Below are positions 43,736 through 55,960 of a stretch of DNA of 64,000 bases, piece by piece. The translations under genes were made by a program, and so were the position numbers. Below the pieces are notes generated by a model. The model saw only the letters and a program-made list of their open reading frames with translations. It had not been told where the DNA came from and ran no database searches. Source of the stretch: Macrostomum lignano (Eukaryota); NCBI GenBank assembly GCA_002269645.1, contig NIVC01002616.1, forward strand, positions 92,668-156,667. The letters run 5' to 3'. Every line of letters starts with the position of its first letter. The stretch's first letter is position 1.

Positions 43736-44769
43736 GTTTCAGGAGCCTTGATTGGAACTGTATTCATTGATGTTGATCAGATTAGACTACAATTACTTGT
43801 TTTGTATAACAAAAATGGTTTGCTCAGCTGCTACAAACTTCAACCTGCCTTATGTGTCCTGAAATGTTTTGATTTTGCATAATTCTTTTATATATTTTGT
43901 TATACTTTGAGTGGACAAATTTGAAAACTCCACAGACGGACTGGTGAATAGTCCTGTCTAATCAGAACAAACACAGTTATTTTCCATCAATTAAAGCTAA
44001 TTGAAAGTTTTCACTTTTCCTAACTGTCAATATTTTGTACAGGTTTATTTAATATCCCTGTTCATTCAATACATTTTTATATATAGCTTATATTGTGCTA
44101 AATTTGATTGTACAATGAATGTGTTTTAATTCCGATGATTCCTTTGATTGATTTTTAGCACCCTGGCCGAACTGTTTCAAATTCTGCGGTGCTGTTTCAG
44201 AATTCAAACTTGTAACTTTGGCTTCAATTATCTGTCTGTATTCGTTAAACGTTTTGAATTTATTTTAATTTTAATTTGATTTAATTTTCACTTTATTTAT
44301 GTTCATGCTCGCATCGTGCTACTGCTGCAAGTAGCAACAGTAGTATGACATGGTAGTTAAATACAAACACACTCGAATGCATGCGATCCGCTTGTTCAGT
44401 TAATCCAGCTAAAAATATTTTCTGTCATATCATCTGCTTTTCTTTAGAGTTATTATTGTAATAATAATTATTATATCTTCCCTCATATTTTTCTAATCTC
44501 CAGCATCTCATCCCGTTTCGATGTATTTTTTCTCTGTTTTCCCCTTATTCACCTGACTGTTTATTTCTGTTAATTTAGTTTTTACTGTATCCAATATTTT
44601 TTAACACGGCTTATTCGCACCGCATGTGATACAGGTCAGCCTGTTGTTTGAATTGCTTCTTGATTCATTGCTTCTGGTGTCTTGTTTATTGTGCCTGCTT
44701 GTTGCTCAGTCTTTGTTTTGTAAATCATATCAGTTTCTATGTCAGGCTTTTTATAAAGTTTTCTACACT

Positions 44770-45030
44770 GGCATCCCCCAGCCTCCTCATCTCACCCTCC
44801 CCCACCCTCCTCATCTCACCCTCCCCCCACCCTCCTACCCTTACCCTCCTACCACACACCCTCTTCGCCCACCCTCCTCATCTCACCCTCCTCCCCTCAC
44901 CCTCCTCATCTCACCCTCCTACCATCACTCTCCTCCCCTCACCCTCCTCCCTTCAAACTCCTCTTCTTACCCTCTCACCTTAACCTCACCTTTTTCTCTC
45001 TCCCCATCACTCTCTCATTCAGCCTATCCT
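44770..45030. repeat. CT-rich low-complexity tract
   Basis: Direct reading. Confidence 0.8.
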
Positions 45031-45673
45031 ATTCTCACCCAAGTTTATCCCCTATGTAATTCCTCATTTCTGATTGTATTCACCTCTCTCTTTGCCCAGC
45101 TATCCTGTCGATTTGCTAGGATAATTTTTCCGAAGCTGTCCTCCGTTTGCTTTGCTGTCTGATTGTTCTGTTAAATAAGGCACAATACTACTATCATGCC
45201 CAATAGACTTATTAGAGTTTTGCAGCTATTTGTTTTTAAAGCCTATAAAAATATGCGATGTGCTTCTTGTGTGTATTCCCGATACTTTGTTTTTTGTTTT
45301 GCTTTAATTTAATAAGTCTTTTTTAGGCCTGGTGCACCTTCGGATACAACTCGATATGTTATGCCAAAATAATAAATTTATAATTCACGCTTACAAGCTG
45401 TATAATGCTGTTTATTTAATTGTTTTTAATATGCAGTACATGTAAATGCTAGTATTTTATGTTTATGTGTATATCGATTAACTATATCATTCAAATCGCT
45501 TGACTATAGGCTTTTTGTAATTTTTCTACGATTTAGTTCTAGGATATTTTCTCACAAAGAAACGTTCTGTTTTTTTAGTTTCCTTAACTATTGTTTTAAT
45601 TTCCTTGCTTTAAACATTGTTAAAATATTAATGACAGTAGAATGGAGTGCTAAGCTAATCTCTGTTGTTTTTT

Positions 45674-46300
45674 AGTCTATGGCAGAGCCCCTACAAGCCA
45701 TAGCGGTGTGCAAGGCTGCTGTTGTTTAGTCTATGGCAGAGCTCCCATAGCGGTGTGCAAGGCTGCTGTTGTTTAGTCTATGGCAGAGCTCCCATAGCGG
45801 TGTGCAAGGCTGCTGTTGTTTAGTCTATGGCAGAGCTCCCATAGCGGTGTGCAAGGCTGCTGTTGTTTAGTCTATGGCAGAGCTCCCATAGCGGTGTGCA
45901 AGGCTGCTGTTGTTTAGTCTATGGCAGAGCTCCCATAGCGGTGTGCAAGGCTGCTGTTGTTTAGTCTATGGCAGAGCTCCCATAGCGGTGTGCAAGGCTG
46001 CTGTTGTTTAGTCTATGGCAGAGCTCCCATAGCGGTGTGCAAGGCTGCTGTTGTTTAGTCTATGGCAGAGCTCCCATAGCGGTGTGCAAGGCTGCTGTTG
46101 TTTAGTCTATGGCAGAGCTCCCATAGCGGTGTGCAAGGCTGCTGTTGTTTAGTCTATGGCAGAGCTCCCATAGCGGTGTGCAAGGCTGCTGTTGTTTAGT
46201 CTATGGCAGAGCTCCCATAGCGGTGTGCAAGGCTGCTATTGTTTAGTCTATCGCAGAGCCCCCATAGCGGTGTGCAAGGCTGCAGTTGTTTAGTCTATGC
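45674..46300. repeat. 47-bp minisatellite, ~13 nearly identical units with an internal hairpin
   Basis: Period 47; CTATGG-CAGAGCTC-CCATAG. Confidence 0.96.
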
Positions 46301-46784
46301 CAAATTTAGCACTCTATATCACAGGCATAAAGAAATTTAGTTTCAAGTCGACAATACAATAAGCTACTGATATGTCTGAGTAATTAATAACACAAGTAAT
46401 GCAATATGCTGTTTTTAAACTCGGTAACTGAGGCGCTAATTGCTGTGCGTTGCGCTTTGGCTCTACTATGAGTACTACTTTGCTTTCTTTTAATGTGTTT
46501 TTTTTGGATTCTGACCTTCCCAGTCCGTTTGCTTAATAGAAGTTGTTCTTAATACTTTTGGCCCTAGCCTTTCCCAAAGTAGATTTGTCAAATGTGCTCA
46601 AAATGTCATCCAGAAAAATTGCCAAGTTTTCTGTGTTTCTGGTAAAAACAAACTAATAACAATGCTTGTTTTTCTATTAAGGGAACTTGGTCTCCCGATT
46701 TTATACTAATCAATTCGATTATTAACACGTTAGGCGTCCGAGTTTTCTTAATTCTTTATTGATGTTATTACCTTAAAGTGAGCG

Positions 46785-47190
46785 ACGGTGCTTCCCAAGC
46801 CGAGTGAAACCCTGGATAGCGGGGAGTGGGGGTTGGTGGTGCTTCTCTAGCCGAGTGAACCCTGGATAGCGAGGGAGTGGGGGTTGGTGGTGCTTCTCTA
46901 GCCGAGTGAACCCTGGATAGCGGGGGAGTGGGGGTTGGTGGTGCTTCTCTAGCCGAGTGAACCCTGGATAGCGGGGGAGTGGGGGTTGGTGGTGCTTCTC
47001 TAGCCGAGTGAACCCTGGATAGCGGGGGAGTGGAGGTTGGTGGTGCTTCTCTAGCCGAGTGAACCCTGGATAGCGGGGCAAGTGGGGCTTGGCGGTGCTG
47101 TCCACTGCCCTAGCTGAGTGAAACCCTGGATAGCGGGGCAGTGGGGCTTGGCTGTGCTGCCCTAGCCGATGAAATCCTGGATAGCGGGGG
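46785..47190. repeat. 51-bp G-rich minisatellite
   Basis: Period 51 (17-aa periodic pseudo-ORF). Confidence 0.93.
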
Positions 47191-47297
47191 TTGAAAGTAA
47201 TGCGGTATAATTAAATTTTAAAGCCGAGCTCTTATCTCTAGTGCATAATAAACTCATGCGATTAACAACAGTTGACTGCAAACAAACATTGATAGAA

Positions 47298-47555
47298 ATG
47301 TCATCATCCGACAAGAGCCAGCCTGCCAGCTGGGCTGACCTTTCGGCTTACATATCCAACTGCAGACGCCTGGAATCCATGCCAGCCAATTTGCAAGCCT
47401 CCATAGACGAGTTGAAGTCAATCGATGCCCTTCTTGGGAAGGCAGCGGCTGTGTTCGACGAGGGCCTGCAGCTGAGCCTGGATGCAGCGGCAACTTACTA
47501 CAGTAGCGCCGCAACAGTTAAACAAGGCATCGTTTCAGAGGCGCACAAAAACTGA
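47298..47555 (+). CDS. Hypothetical small helical protein (85 aa from ATG 47298)
   Basis: GC-rich, codon-like, non-repetitive ORF between AT-rich flanks; no family recognised. Confidence 0.4.
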   Translation: MSSSDKSQPASWADLSAYISNCRRLESMPANLQASIDELKSIDALLGKAAAVFDEGLQLSLDAAATYYSSAATVKQGIVSEAHKN

Positions 47556-48389
47556 ACAATAAAGTAATTATAAAAATTCCTCTTAACTAAACGCTAAAAT
47601 ACATTTTCACCGTTATGAATTTTTTCATCGAAAATTCTTGAAAAGATTTCCGATCGCTCCTACTTACAGTAGAGCGAACGGAGTAAGCATTTTGGTAGAG
47701 TCGTGTATTTAAATTCCATATAAATTTCATTCATTCGTTTCATTCATTTGTCAATAATTCGTGTAGGGGCGTTTGATCCTGCAGTTAATCAACTGGATAC
47801 CCGCCAAGGGTAGGAGTTGGCAATTTCTCGGATCTGTACACGAAACGCGTGTTATTGTGCTTTTGTCTTTTGTCTTGGCTCTTGCCTGTGTGTGTGTGTC
47901 TGCAATCTAATAGGATTTTATAGATTCTTTATTGCCTGCAGTAATCTTCTCTAGCTAATGCCTTGCAGAAATTCTACATACGGTAAGGCGTCACATGCTT
48001 TGCGGAAGCGAACCAGGAACCTCTCTACTCTGCATAGTGTGTGAGCATATAGCTCAGATTCACAGCTGTGTGAATCCGAAAATTGTGTCGCACGCTACTG
48101 TGGGACGGCCCGACAGTCTGTCACTAGCTATTTAAACAATAATCTCTACCCGAGGCATGGTGAACAGTTTATGTTTATATGATTTATATTTGAATTAACC
48201 CGACTGTAATATAATATACAATAATGCAAACATCTACAATCTACATGCAGTGTACAGCTGTACATGTATAGTTCTGAGCCTGTCCTATCCAAGGACCACT
48301 AGGAACACTTCGTTATATCTAGTCTAGCAGTCCTTGGTCCTATCATTGTAAAAAACTCAATCTTCTGTCATTGTGGCGGTCCCTTCAGT

Positions 48390-48920
48390 TCAATATTGCC
48401 TCTCAGTGTCACCTCAGTGCCCCTTCAGTATCGCACTATCGCTTCAGTACCCTTCAGTGTCGCCTCAGTGCCCCTTCAGTGTCGCCTCAGTGCACTTCAG
48501 CAGTCGCTTCAGTGCTCCTTCAGTGTCGCCTCAGTGCCCCTTCAGTATCGCTTCAGTGCCCTTCAGTATCACTCTCAGTACCCGGCCTTCAGTATCGCTT
48601 CAGTGCCCCTTCAGTGTCGCCTCAGTGCCCCTTCAGTGTCGCCTCAGTGCACTTCAGCGGTCGCCTCAGTGCCCCTTCAGTGTCACTCTCAGTACCCGGC
48701 CTTCAGTATCGCTTCAGTGCCCCTTCAGTGTCGCCTCAGTGCCCCTTCAGTGTCGCCTCAGTGCCCCTTCAGTGTCGCCTCAGTGCCCCTCAGTGTCACT
48801 CAATACCCCTTCAGTAGCTTCAGTGCCCTTTAGTGTCACGTCACCTCAGTGCACTTTAGTGTCACCTCCGTGCCCTTCAGTGTCACTTCAGTGCCCCTTC
48901 AGCGGTTACCTCAGTGTCTC
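48390..48920. repeat. ~21-bp degenerate minisatellite (CCCTTCAGTGTCGCCTCAGTG)
   Basis: Direct reading. Confidence 0.9.
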
Positions 48921-49591
48921 CTTCCCCCCTTCATAGCGACAGCTGAGATCGTGTTCACCTTTCCAAACAAAGCATTGCAGCATCCTTTTGCATGCGCACA
49001 TTTACTGCATTCATTGCACCTTTTAAGCGCCCCTCAATATGCATGGCGCCATGCCGCTGTTTCGTAAACGCATAGCGTAGATTTACGAGAGCGAGAATTG
49101 CTGACACTTGCCTGCTTGCACGCAGTTTGCACACACTGTATGCTAAGGTATATATTTACACACAAACGCCCCGACTACACAACACTATGCAAGTGTACAG
49201 CTGAGCACGAATGCAGAGACTTATATTATACATTTTGTGTATCGTGCGACATTCCAATTGAAATGGGCGGGCGCCAAGCTCAGAGAGCCAACACAATAAA
49301 AAATATGGCCTGACTGAAAACAGCTATTTTAGTCGTCTTATATTAAGAAGAGTTGACCGCGCGCTTCGGTTCAACTCTTATAAGATCGAAACCAGCATAC
49401 AACTCCCAGTATATAACTGTATCCCATTCAGTTTAGTTATACTGAACAGAACAAACCTATACCAAATTATACTTAAGCATTAAATAGAAAGTGTGCCTAC
49501 ATGCATCCAATACTATGTGTGAATGTCAGAAAGATTTTTAACTTCTAAACCAAGTTGTTATAAAGCCTATAGCAACTGATCGCTCAGCAGC

Positions 49592-51341
49592 ATGACTGCC
49601 AATGGCGCTCCCAGCAGTTCGCACAAGCGCGGTCACCGGCGAGTGAGTAGCGACGGGAATGTCACCTTTAAACGGCGATCAACCAGCGAAATCATGACAG
49701 CCATTCAGCTGGGCATCGAGTACACTGTCAGCCGGGAGAATCACGTGAGTTGGGATCTTTTACTGACTGCTTGTCGTGTGCGTATGCGTGAGATCGTTAT
49801 ATCAGCCCCGATCCGGTGGGGAAAACTCGGTGGGGAAAACTCGATGAGGAAAACTCGGTGGGGAAAACTCGGTGAGGAAGACTCGGTGGGGAAAACTCGG
49901 TGAGGAAGACTCGGTGGGGAAAACTCGGTGGGGAAAACTCGGTGATGAAAACTCGGTGGGGAAACTCGGAGGGGAAAACTCGGTGATGAAAACTCGGTGA
50001 TGAAAACTCGATGGGGAAAACTCGGTGAGGAAAAGTCGGTGGGGAAAACTCGGTGAGGAAAACTCGGTGGGGAAAACTCGGTGAGGAAAACTCGGTGGGG
50101 AAAACTCGGTGGGGAAAACTCAGTGGGAGAATCTCGGTGGGGAAAACTCGGTGGGGGAAACTCGGTGGGGAAAACTCGGTGGGGGAAACTCGGTGGGGAA
50201 AACTCGGTGGGAAAACTCGGTGGGAGAATCTCGGTGGGTTAAACTCGGTGAGGGAAACTCGGTGAGGAAGACTCGGTGGGGAAAGCTCGGTGGGGAAAAC
50301 TCGGTGATGAAAACTCGGTGGGAAAAACTCGGTGATGAAAACTCGGTGGGAAAAACTCGGTGATGAATACTCGGTGGGAAAAACTCGGTGATGAAAACTC
50401 GGTGGGAAAAACTCGATGAGGGAAAACTCCGTGGGAAATCACATTGGAAAAAATGAAAACATGGGATCAGGGCGGGTGCACACACATGCTCTTCTCCAGA
50501 CCTGAAATCTTTCAACTCTGCAGACGCCTATGCGCGACCTGCTGACGCACGACTTTTGCGTTGTCGAATCGTTCGACTTCCCCAGCGACGGCGGCCGCGG
50601 CACTCCGGCGCACAAGCTGAGCAGCTTCGCCTTCAAGTGCTACGCGCCTGCCGCATTCCGACAGTTCCGCCGATTCTACGGCATCAACATGGCCCAGTTT
50701 CTGCACTCCATCTGCGCCAGCAGCCTCCTCGAGCTGCCCAACGCCGGCGCGTCCGGTTCGATTTTCTTTCGCACAGCGGACGATTGCTTCATCATCAAGA
50801 CGGTGCAGAGAGGCGAGGCCAAGTACCTGCGCCGCCTGCTGCAGCAGTACTACATCACCCTGACACAGAATCCCGGCACTCTGCTGCCCAAGTTCTACGG
50901 CCTCTACTGCTACAAGTGCGGATCCAAGCGCATCAGGTTTGCAGTGATGAACAACCTGCTGCCCTCCAGAGTGCCAATCTGCGAGAAATTCGACCTCAAA
51001 GGCTCCACGTACAAGCGACGAGCCAGCCCAGAGGAGAAAGCCAAGGCCTGTCCGACCCTGAAGGATCTGGACTTTCGAGAAATTCACCCGTCGGGACTCT
51101 TGTTGGAGGCTGAGGCGTACGATCAGCTGGTTGACACCCTGGCCAGGGACTGCTTAGTGCTGAGGTCGTTCAGCATCATGGACTACAGTCTGCTGGTTGC
51201 GGTGTGCAACTTGGACTGTCCCGATGCCGTCTGCGGTGACTCGGAGGTCAAGTGAGTTAAGACCTCTAGATAATAGATGGACGAGACACTTCTTGCTTGA
51301 AAAATGAAAATGTTCAGCCTGTCTGTCTGTCTGTCTGTCTA

Positions 51342-51410
<69 letters not shown>

Positions 51411-51806
51411 AAATTTGCTTCCAAAAACGTGTCCCTCAGACCGACTCATCAGCTGATCCCGACGCCCCAGCCGGACGCGATCGCACCGCACCCGCCTTCA
51501 ACCGAGCAGCAGCGGTGGTATCCGGCATCGGCGACGGCGCCACCCGCAGATCCCGAGCTCGAGTCCGCCATCAAGCGGAGCCCAATCTCCGGCCTGCCAG
51601 CCTGGAACGAGAGAGGCGACCGGCTGCTGCTGTACGTGGGCATTGTGGACATCCTGCAGGACTACAGGCTCGCCAAGAGAATGGAGCACACCATGTGGTC
51701 GCTGGTGACGGACGCCGAATCCGTTAGCGTCGTGCATCCAGACTTTTATTCAACTCGATATCAGAGCTTCCTGCGCGAGTTCGTGTTTAAACGATCGGTA
51801 GATTGA
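49592..51806 (+). CDS. PIP5K1: Type I phosphatidylinositol-4-phosphate 5-kinase; exons 49592-49744, 50524-51251, 51440-51806 (~415 aa)
   Basis: GHRRV..AIQLGI, FKCYAPAAFR, GASGSIFF, FIIKTV, TLLPKFYGLY, MNNLLP, FDLKGST, KDLDF, IMDYSLL, GIVDILQDY; GT-AG junctions with phases 0 and 2 consistent. Confidence 0.95.
49815..50445. repeat. ~15-bp minisatellite (GGAAAACTCGGTGGG) in PIP5K intron 1
   Basis: Direct reading. Confidence 0.93.
51318..51408. repeat. (CTGT)n microsatellite in PIP5K intron 2
   Basis: Direct reading. Confidence 0.95.
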
Positions 51807-52024
51807 TTGATTCTTTCATATATGATTCTCTCTCATGCCTTTCTGTACTGTTGTGTCTTTAATATATGCACATGTCTGCCTAATAGCATGGATAGTCATT
51901 AATCAAGGCGAAATGCAGTCGAGCCTCAACCAGCAAGGAGGCAATTAAACAGTCATGTGCACTTTCCGCTGATCTCTGAGCACGGATACACGGGGTGTAC
52001 AGTGCATGGCCCTGACTTTCTGAC

Positions 52025-52580
52025 AGCGCCAGCTACAGAGGGGGTGCCAGCTACAGAGGGGGCGCCAGCTACAGAGGGGGCGCCAGCTACAGAGGGGGCG
52101 GCAGCTACAGTGGGGGCGCCAGCTACAGAGGGGGCGCCAGCTACAGAGGTGGCACCAGCTACAGAGGGGGCGCCAGCTACAGAGGGGGCGCCAGCTACAG
52201 ATCAGGGGGGCGCCAGCTACAAATCAGGGGGGCGCCAGCTACAGAGGGGGCGCCAGCTACAGAGGGGGCGGCAGCTACAGAGGGGGCGGCAGCTACAGAG
52301 GGGCGCCAGCTACAGAGGGGGCGGCAGCTACAGAGGGGGCGCCAGCTACAGAGGGGGCGGCAGCTACAGAGGGGGCGCCAGCTACAGAGGGGGCGGCAGC
52401 TACAGAGGGGGGCGGCAGCTACAGAGGGGGCGGCAGCTACAGAGGGGGCGGCAGCTACAGAGGGGGCGCCAGCTACAGAGGGGGCGGCAGCTACAGAGGG
52501 GGCGCCAGCTACAGAGGGGGGCGGCAGCTACAGAGGGGGCGCCAGCTACAGAGGGGGCGCCAGCTACAGAAGGGGCGTCA
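52025..52580. repeat. 18/19-bp G-rich minisatellite (CCAGCTACAGAGGGGGCG)
   Basis: Direct reading. Confidence 0.95.
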
Positions 52581-53238
52581 GCTATACCGAGGCGACAGCT
52601 GTGACAGCTGCTGGAAGCTGGCTGCAAGGAACCGCCGCTTGTCAGTGAGCGCATACAGATAGTGTAACAATATAATTCCCATTAATTTTCATATCTTTCT
52701 ATGCATGTAATTTCATTTTCCAGGAAAGATTGTCTAGGCTTAAATAAAGATTTTAAAATAATGAGCTTGTCTCCTGCAGTGTACAGAGGTTCTCTCGTAA
52801 ATTCTGATACAGCTGTATGAAAATAACATGTCCGAATGTACACCTCATATGAACATTTGCAAGTAACCTATACATTATACATGCACAGTACGTCAGTACA
52901 TTCCTTTTAAATTGAGTTTTGCTCAATATTTTTTTCTGATCTACTAAATTAACTTCCATGTCCATTGCGCAAAAGAATAATTGATATTCTCTGAAAAAAA
53001 TAATGTTATAAATAAAACTGCATAGCTATTATCTGGAATCAAATTTTGAGCCCCAGTTGTTTGGAGTTGGGAATCAAAGTAAAATGTTTATTCATTTTTT
53101 CATTTTGCTACAAAATTTAAACCGTTGCTTGTTTTTACTTTTTATGGTCGATTTTCTTGCGGTTTTACTTCTAGTAGAGTAGTTCGAAAAAGATAGTTCA
53201 ACCAAATTTTCTATTATTTTCTCCCTGTTTGCAGCCAG

Positions 53239-53306
53239 CCAATCAGGCGCAAGATCGTTGCTAACGCGGTTGCTAAGACTTTTATCAGCTCGTGTTTGGT
53301 ATATAA
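53239..53306 (+). promoter_or_regulatory. H2A promoter: CCAAT box (53239-53243) and TATA box (53300-53306)
   Basis: CCAATC and TATATAA at spacing typical of histone promoters upstream of the H2A ATG. Confidence 0.7.
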
Positions 53307-53389
53307 GGCTGAGAGATCCGCTCGAAAAGCATTATCACGCTCTCTGCAATAATTCTCTAAGTTTTACATCTATCTTATCCGAATTCATC

Positions 53390-53770
53390 ATGTCTGGACG
53401 TGGCAAAGGAGGCAAGGCCCGCAGCAAGGCCAAGACTCGCTCGTCTCGCGCTGGCCTGCAGTTCCCGGTCGGCCGTATCCACCGTCTGCTCCGCAAGGGC
53501 AACTACGCCGAGCGCGTGGGTGCTGGCGCCCCAGTGTACCTGGCCGCCGTGCTGGAGTACCTGGCCGCTGAGGTCCTCGAGCTGGCTGGCAACGCCGCCC
53601 GCGACAACAAGAAGACGCGTATCATCCCGCGTCATCTTCAGCTGGCCGTCCGCAACGACGAGGAGCTGAACAAACTGCTGAGCGGCGTCACCATCGCTCA
53701 GGGCGGCGTGCTGCCGAACATCCAGGCCGTGCTGCTGCCCAAGAAGACCAAGGTCCCCGGCAAGGCCTAA
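53390..53770 (+). CDS. H2A: Histone H2A, canonical type, intronless (126 aa)
   Basis: [71 protein letters not shown]; no C-terminal SQ motif. Confidence 0.99.
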   Translation: MSGRGKGGKARSKAKTRSSRAGLQFPVGRIHRLLRKGNYAERVGAGAPVYLAAVLEYLAAEVLELAGNAARDNKKTRIIPRHLQLAVRNDEELNKLLSGVTIAQGGVLPNIQAVLLPKKTKVPGKA

Positions 53771-53883
53771 GCTGAAGCTTAGCGCCCGCTCGGTTCGATC
53801 TGCTATCTTAGCAATCGTTTCCCAGACTGCATTTATGACACTTCACTGCATTGTGGGTGTCTTGAATAATTGAACGTTAAAAC

Positions 53884-53899
53884 GGCCCTTTTCAGGGCC
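53884..53899 (+). terminator. Histone 3' stem-loop of H2A (GGCCCTTTTCAGGGCC)
   Basis: Canonical 6-bp stem/4-nt loop with AAAAC 5' and ACC 3' flanks, ~114 nt after the stop. Confidence 0.95.
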
Positions 53900-55129
53900 A
53901 CCAAACTTGTTGATGTTGCAAGTCTTGCCTTGCCAATAATTTACCACGAGTACTAGTGTAGCAGATAGCAGATAGAGTCCGGGTTAGGGTTAGTTTATCA
54001 TGTCGATGTGCTTTTTAGACTGGGCCAGTGCATGTATATGACAATATGTACGTAAAAATTCTGTTTTGGATCTTCAAACATAGGGCAAGGCCTAGTCTTT
54101 TTTCACCGGGGCGAAATCGCATCCAAGGTCCAATTTCAGAATGCGATTTTATTTTTAAGTCAGGACTCTAGATGCTAAGCATAGCTGCCATACCGCCCAT
54201 GCCATAGCAAAAGCAATAGCAATATAGGCCTAGCATAGCATGCCTAATGCCTATCTAGTATCTACATCTACATGGCACTAAAAATAAACCTAACTGGGCT
54301 TCTCCCTTAAACTGATCTAGCTGCATTCTGTGTTGCTTAAGATTATCAGCACAGCACCCGTGAAGCCTCTCCTTTTGATTCCCTGTGCTTAATGTGCTAC
54401 CCTTTCCAAACTCTTCTACTTCAAAACGGCCCTTTTCAGGCCACTGAACTTGTCCGGTTAATGGCACAACAAAAATTTAAATTTTCGTGCCTACTTCAGC
54501 AGTCTTCATACGGATAGTATTAGAAGAGGATATTGTTAGCTGATGTTTAAGTGTAATGATAAAGTGTAACAACATTCAATTAAAAAAGCCAAAGGTCTAT
54601 TTTGTACCTATTGGTGCATTAAAGTGCATATTTTTCCGTTCGTTGAAGCTAAAATCGCTCGCTGCACAAGAAGCTGATTTGACCTTCGTGTTGACCTACA
54701 AAACCCTACTTAATTAAGAATTTACTAAATAGCTGATAGATATGTAATAATAATATGTAGCAACTCCCGACCCTCATCCGTAAAAAACTGTAAATGGTCG
54801 TAAAGCCATAAAAAATTCTTAAAATTGGTATAATTAAATGGCACATTCAACTGTTCAAGGCTCGTTAACACTGTCAAATAGGAAGACCAAATTTCGTGTG
54901 ATCACAATTTGTAATCAAATATGAATTATGATTCCTTTGTACATTTAGTCGCGTCGCGTGATTTGGTGGCTCGTTTGATGGCAGTGCAATGAAGGAGCCA
55001 TTATAATAAACGAGTATGTTAAATTCTCTACAGGAAATTCTCTCTCTCATCTTGGCTTGCCCAGGGTTGCTGTAGTTTGTTGTTTTTGTTCTCTCTCATC
55101 GAAATGTCTTGACGTCAGTAAGGAGGGTG

Positions 55130-55960
55130 GGTACCTGATTCGCCCGCCCAGCTTTTCCCGCCGAAATTTGCCCGCAGTGCAATTTTCCCGCGAGCGAATT
55201 GCCCGCAATGCTTTTTTCCTGCAGGGCATTTTGTCTGTATTGCCCCCCCCCCAATGCTTAGTACAGCGTGTCTTAATAAAAGAGATTTGGGGGGGGACAA
55301 AGCGACACGGCATATTCACGAATTAATAGCTCACCGATTTACCCATGCGTGTACTCGTATGTATACAGGTAGACATAGGCGTAGGAACGATTTAAAAAGT
55401 GGGGGGCCAGGTCCAGCCATAGGTCTTATGACTAAGATTGACTCAATCAACGCCAAACCAAGACGTGCAATCACTGGTCAATCAACGTTTGTTTCAATCA
55501 CGGTTTCACGACATTTTTTATTTCGTGTTTTTTCGCAATACTTTATCATGCAATGCAAGGCAGCAAATTCCAAAAAAATTAGTTTGATAAAAAAGTAAAA
55601 ATAAAATTATAAAAAGACAACATTTTGGTATGTTAAAGTGGGGGGGGGGCACATCCCATTACTGGCCCCCCACTTTAAAAAGTGGGGGGGGGCCATGGCC
55701 CCACTGTCCCCCCCGTTCCTACGCCTATGCAGGTAGAACTGAATATATGCTTGACTCTCGATGACTTACAAGAAAAATATGCATTTGATATGCAGTTACT
55801 AACAAAAGCTTTTGATCGGGTAAATCTCTTTATTAAGATTTACTAAACTTTAGGGGGGAAGCAATGCAGACGAAATCTGCCGAGTGGATAAATGCGTTGC
55901 AGGAAAAAAGCATTGTGGTTTGTGGGCAAACCTCGGCAGACAGAAACATTCAAAATATGG
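55130..55960. mobile_element. Foldback/MITE-like element with long imperfect inverted arms; related fragments at ~14030-14158 and ~16930-17010
   Basis: 55195-55290 matches the reverse complement of 55820-55935; shared TTTGCCCG / TTCCCGCCGAA motifs. Confidence 0.6.
55374..55729. mobile_element. hAT-type MITE (356 bp) nested in the foldback element
   Basis: 16-bp perfect TIR CATAGGCGTAGGAACG; perfect TSD CAGGTAGA (55366-55373, 55730-55737). Confidence 0.94.

Noticed and set aside
45674-46300. CRISPR-like array (47-bp unit with internal hairpin)
   Set aside because: Units are contiguous and near-identical with no unique spacers; no cas genes; eukaryotic context.
50512-53669. Antisense and alternative-frame ORFs over PIP5K and H2A
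   Set aside because: Shadow ORFs typical of GC-rich codon usage.
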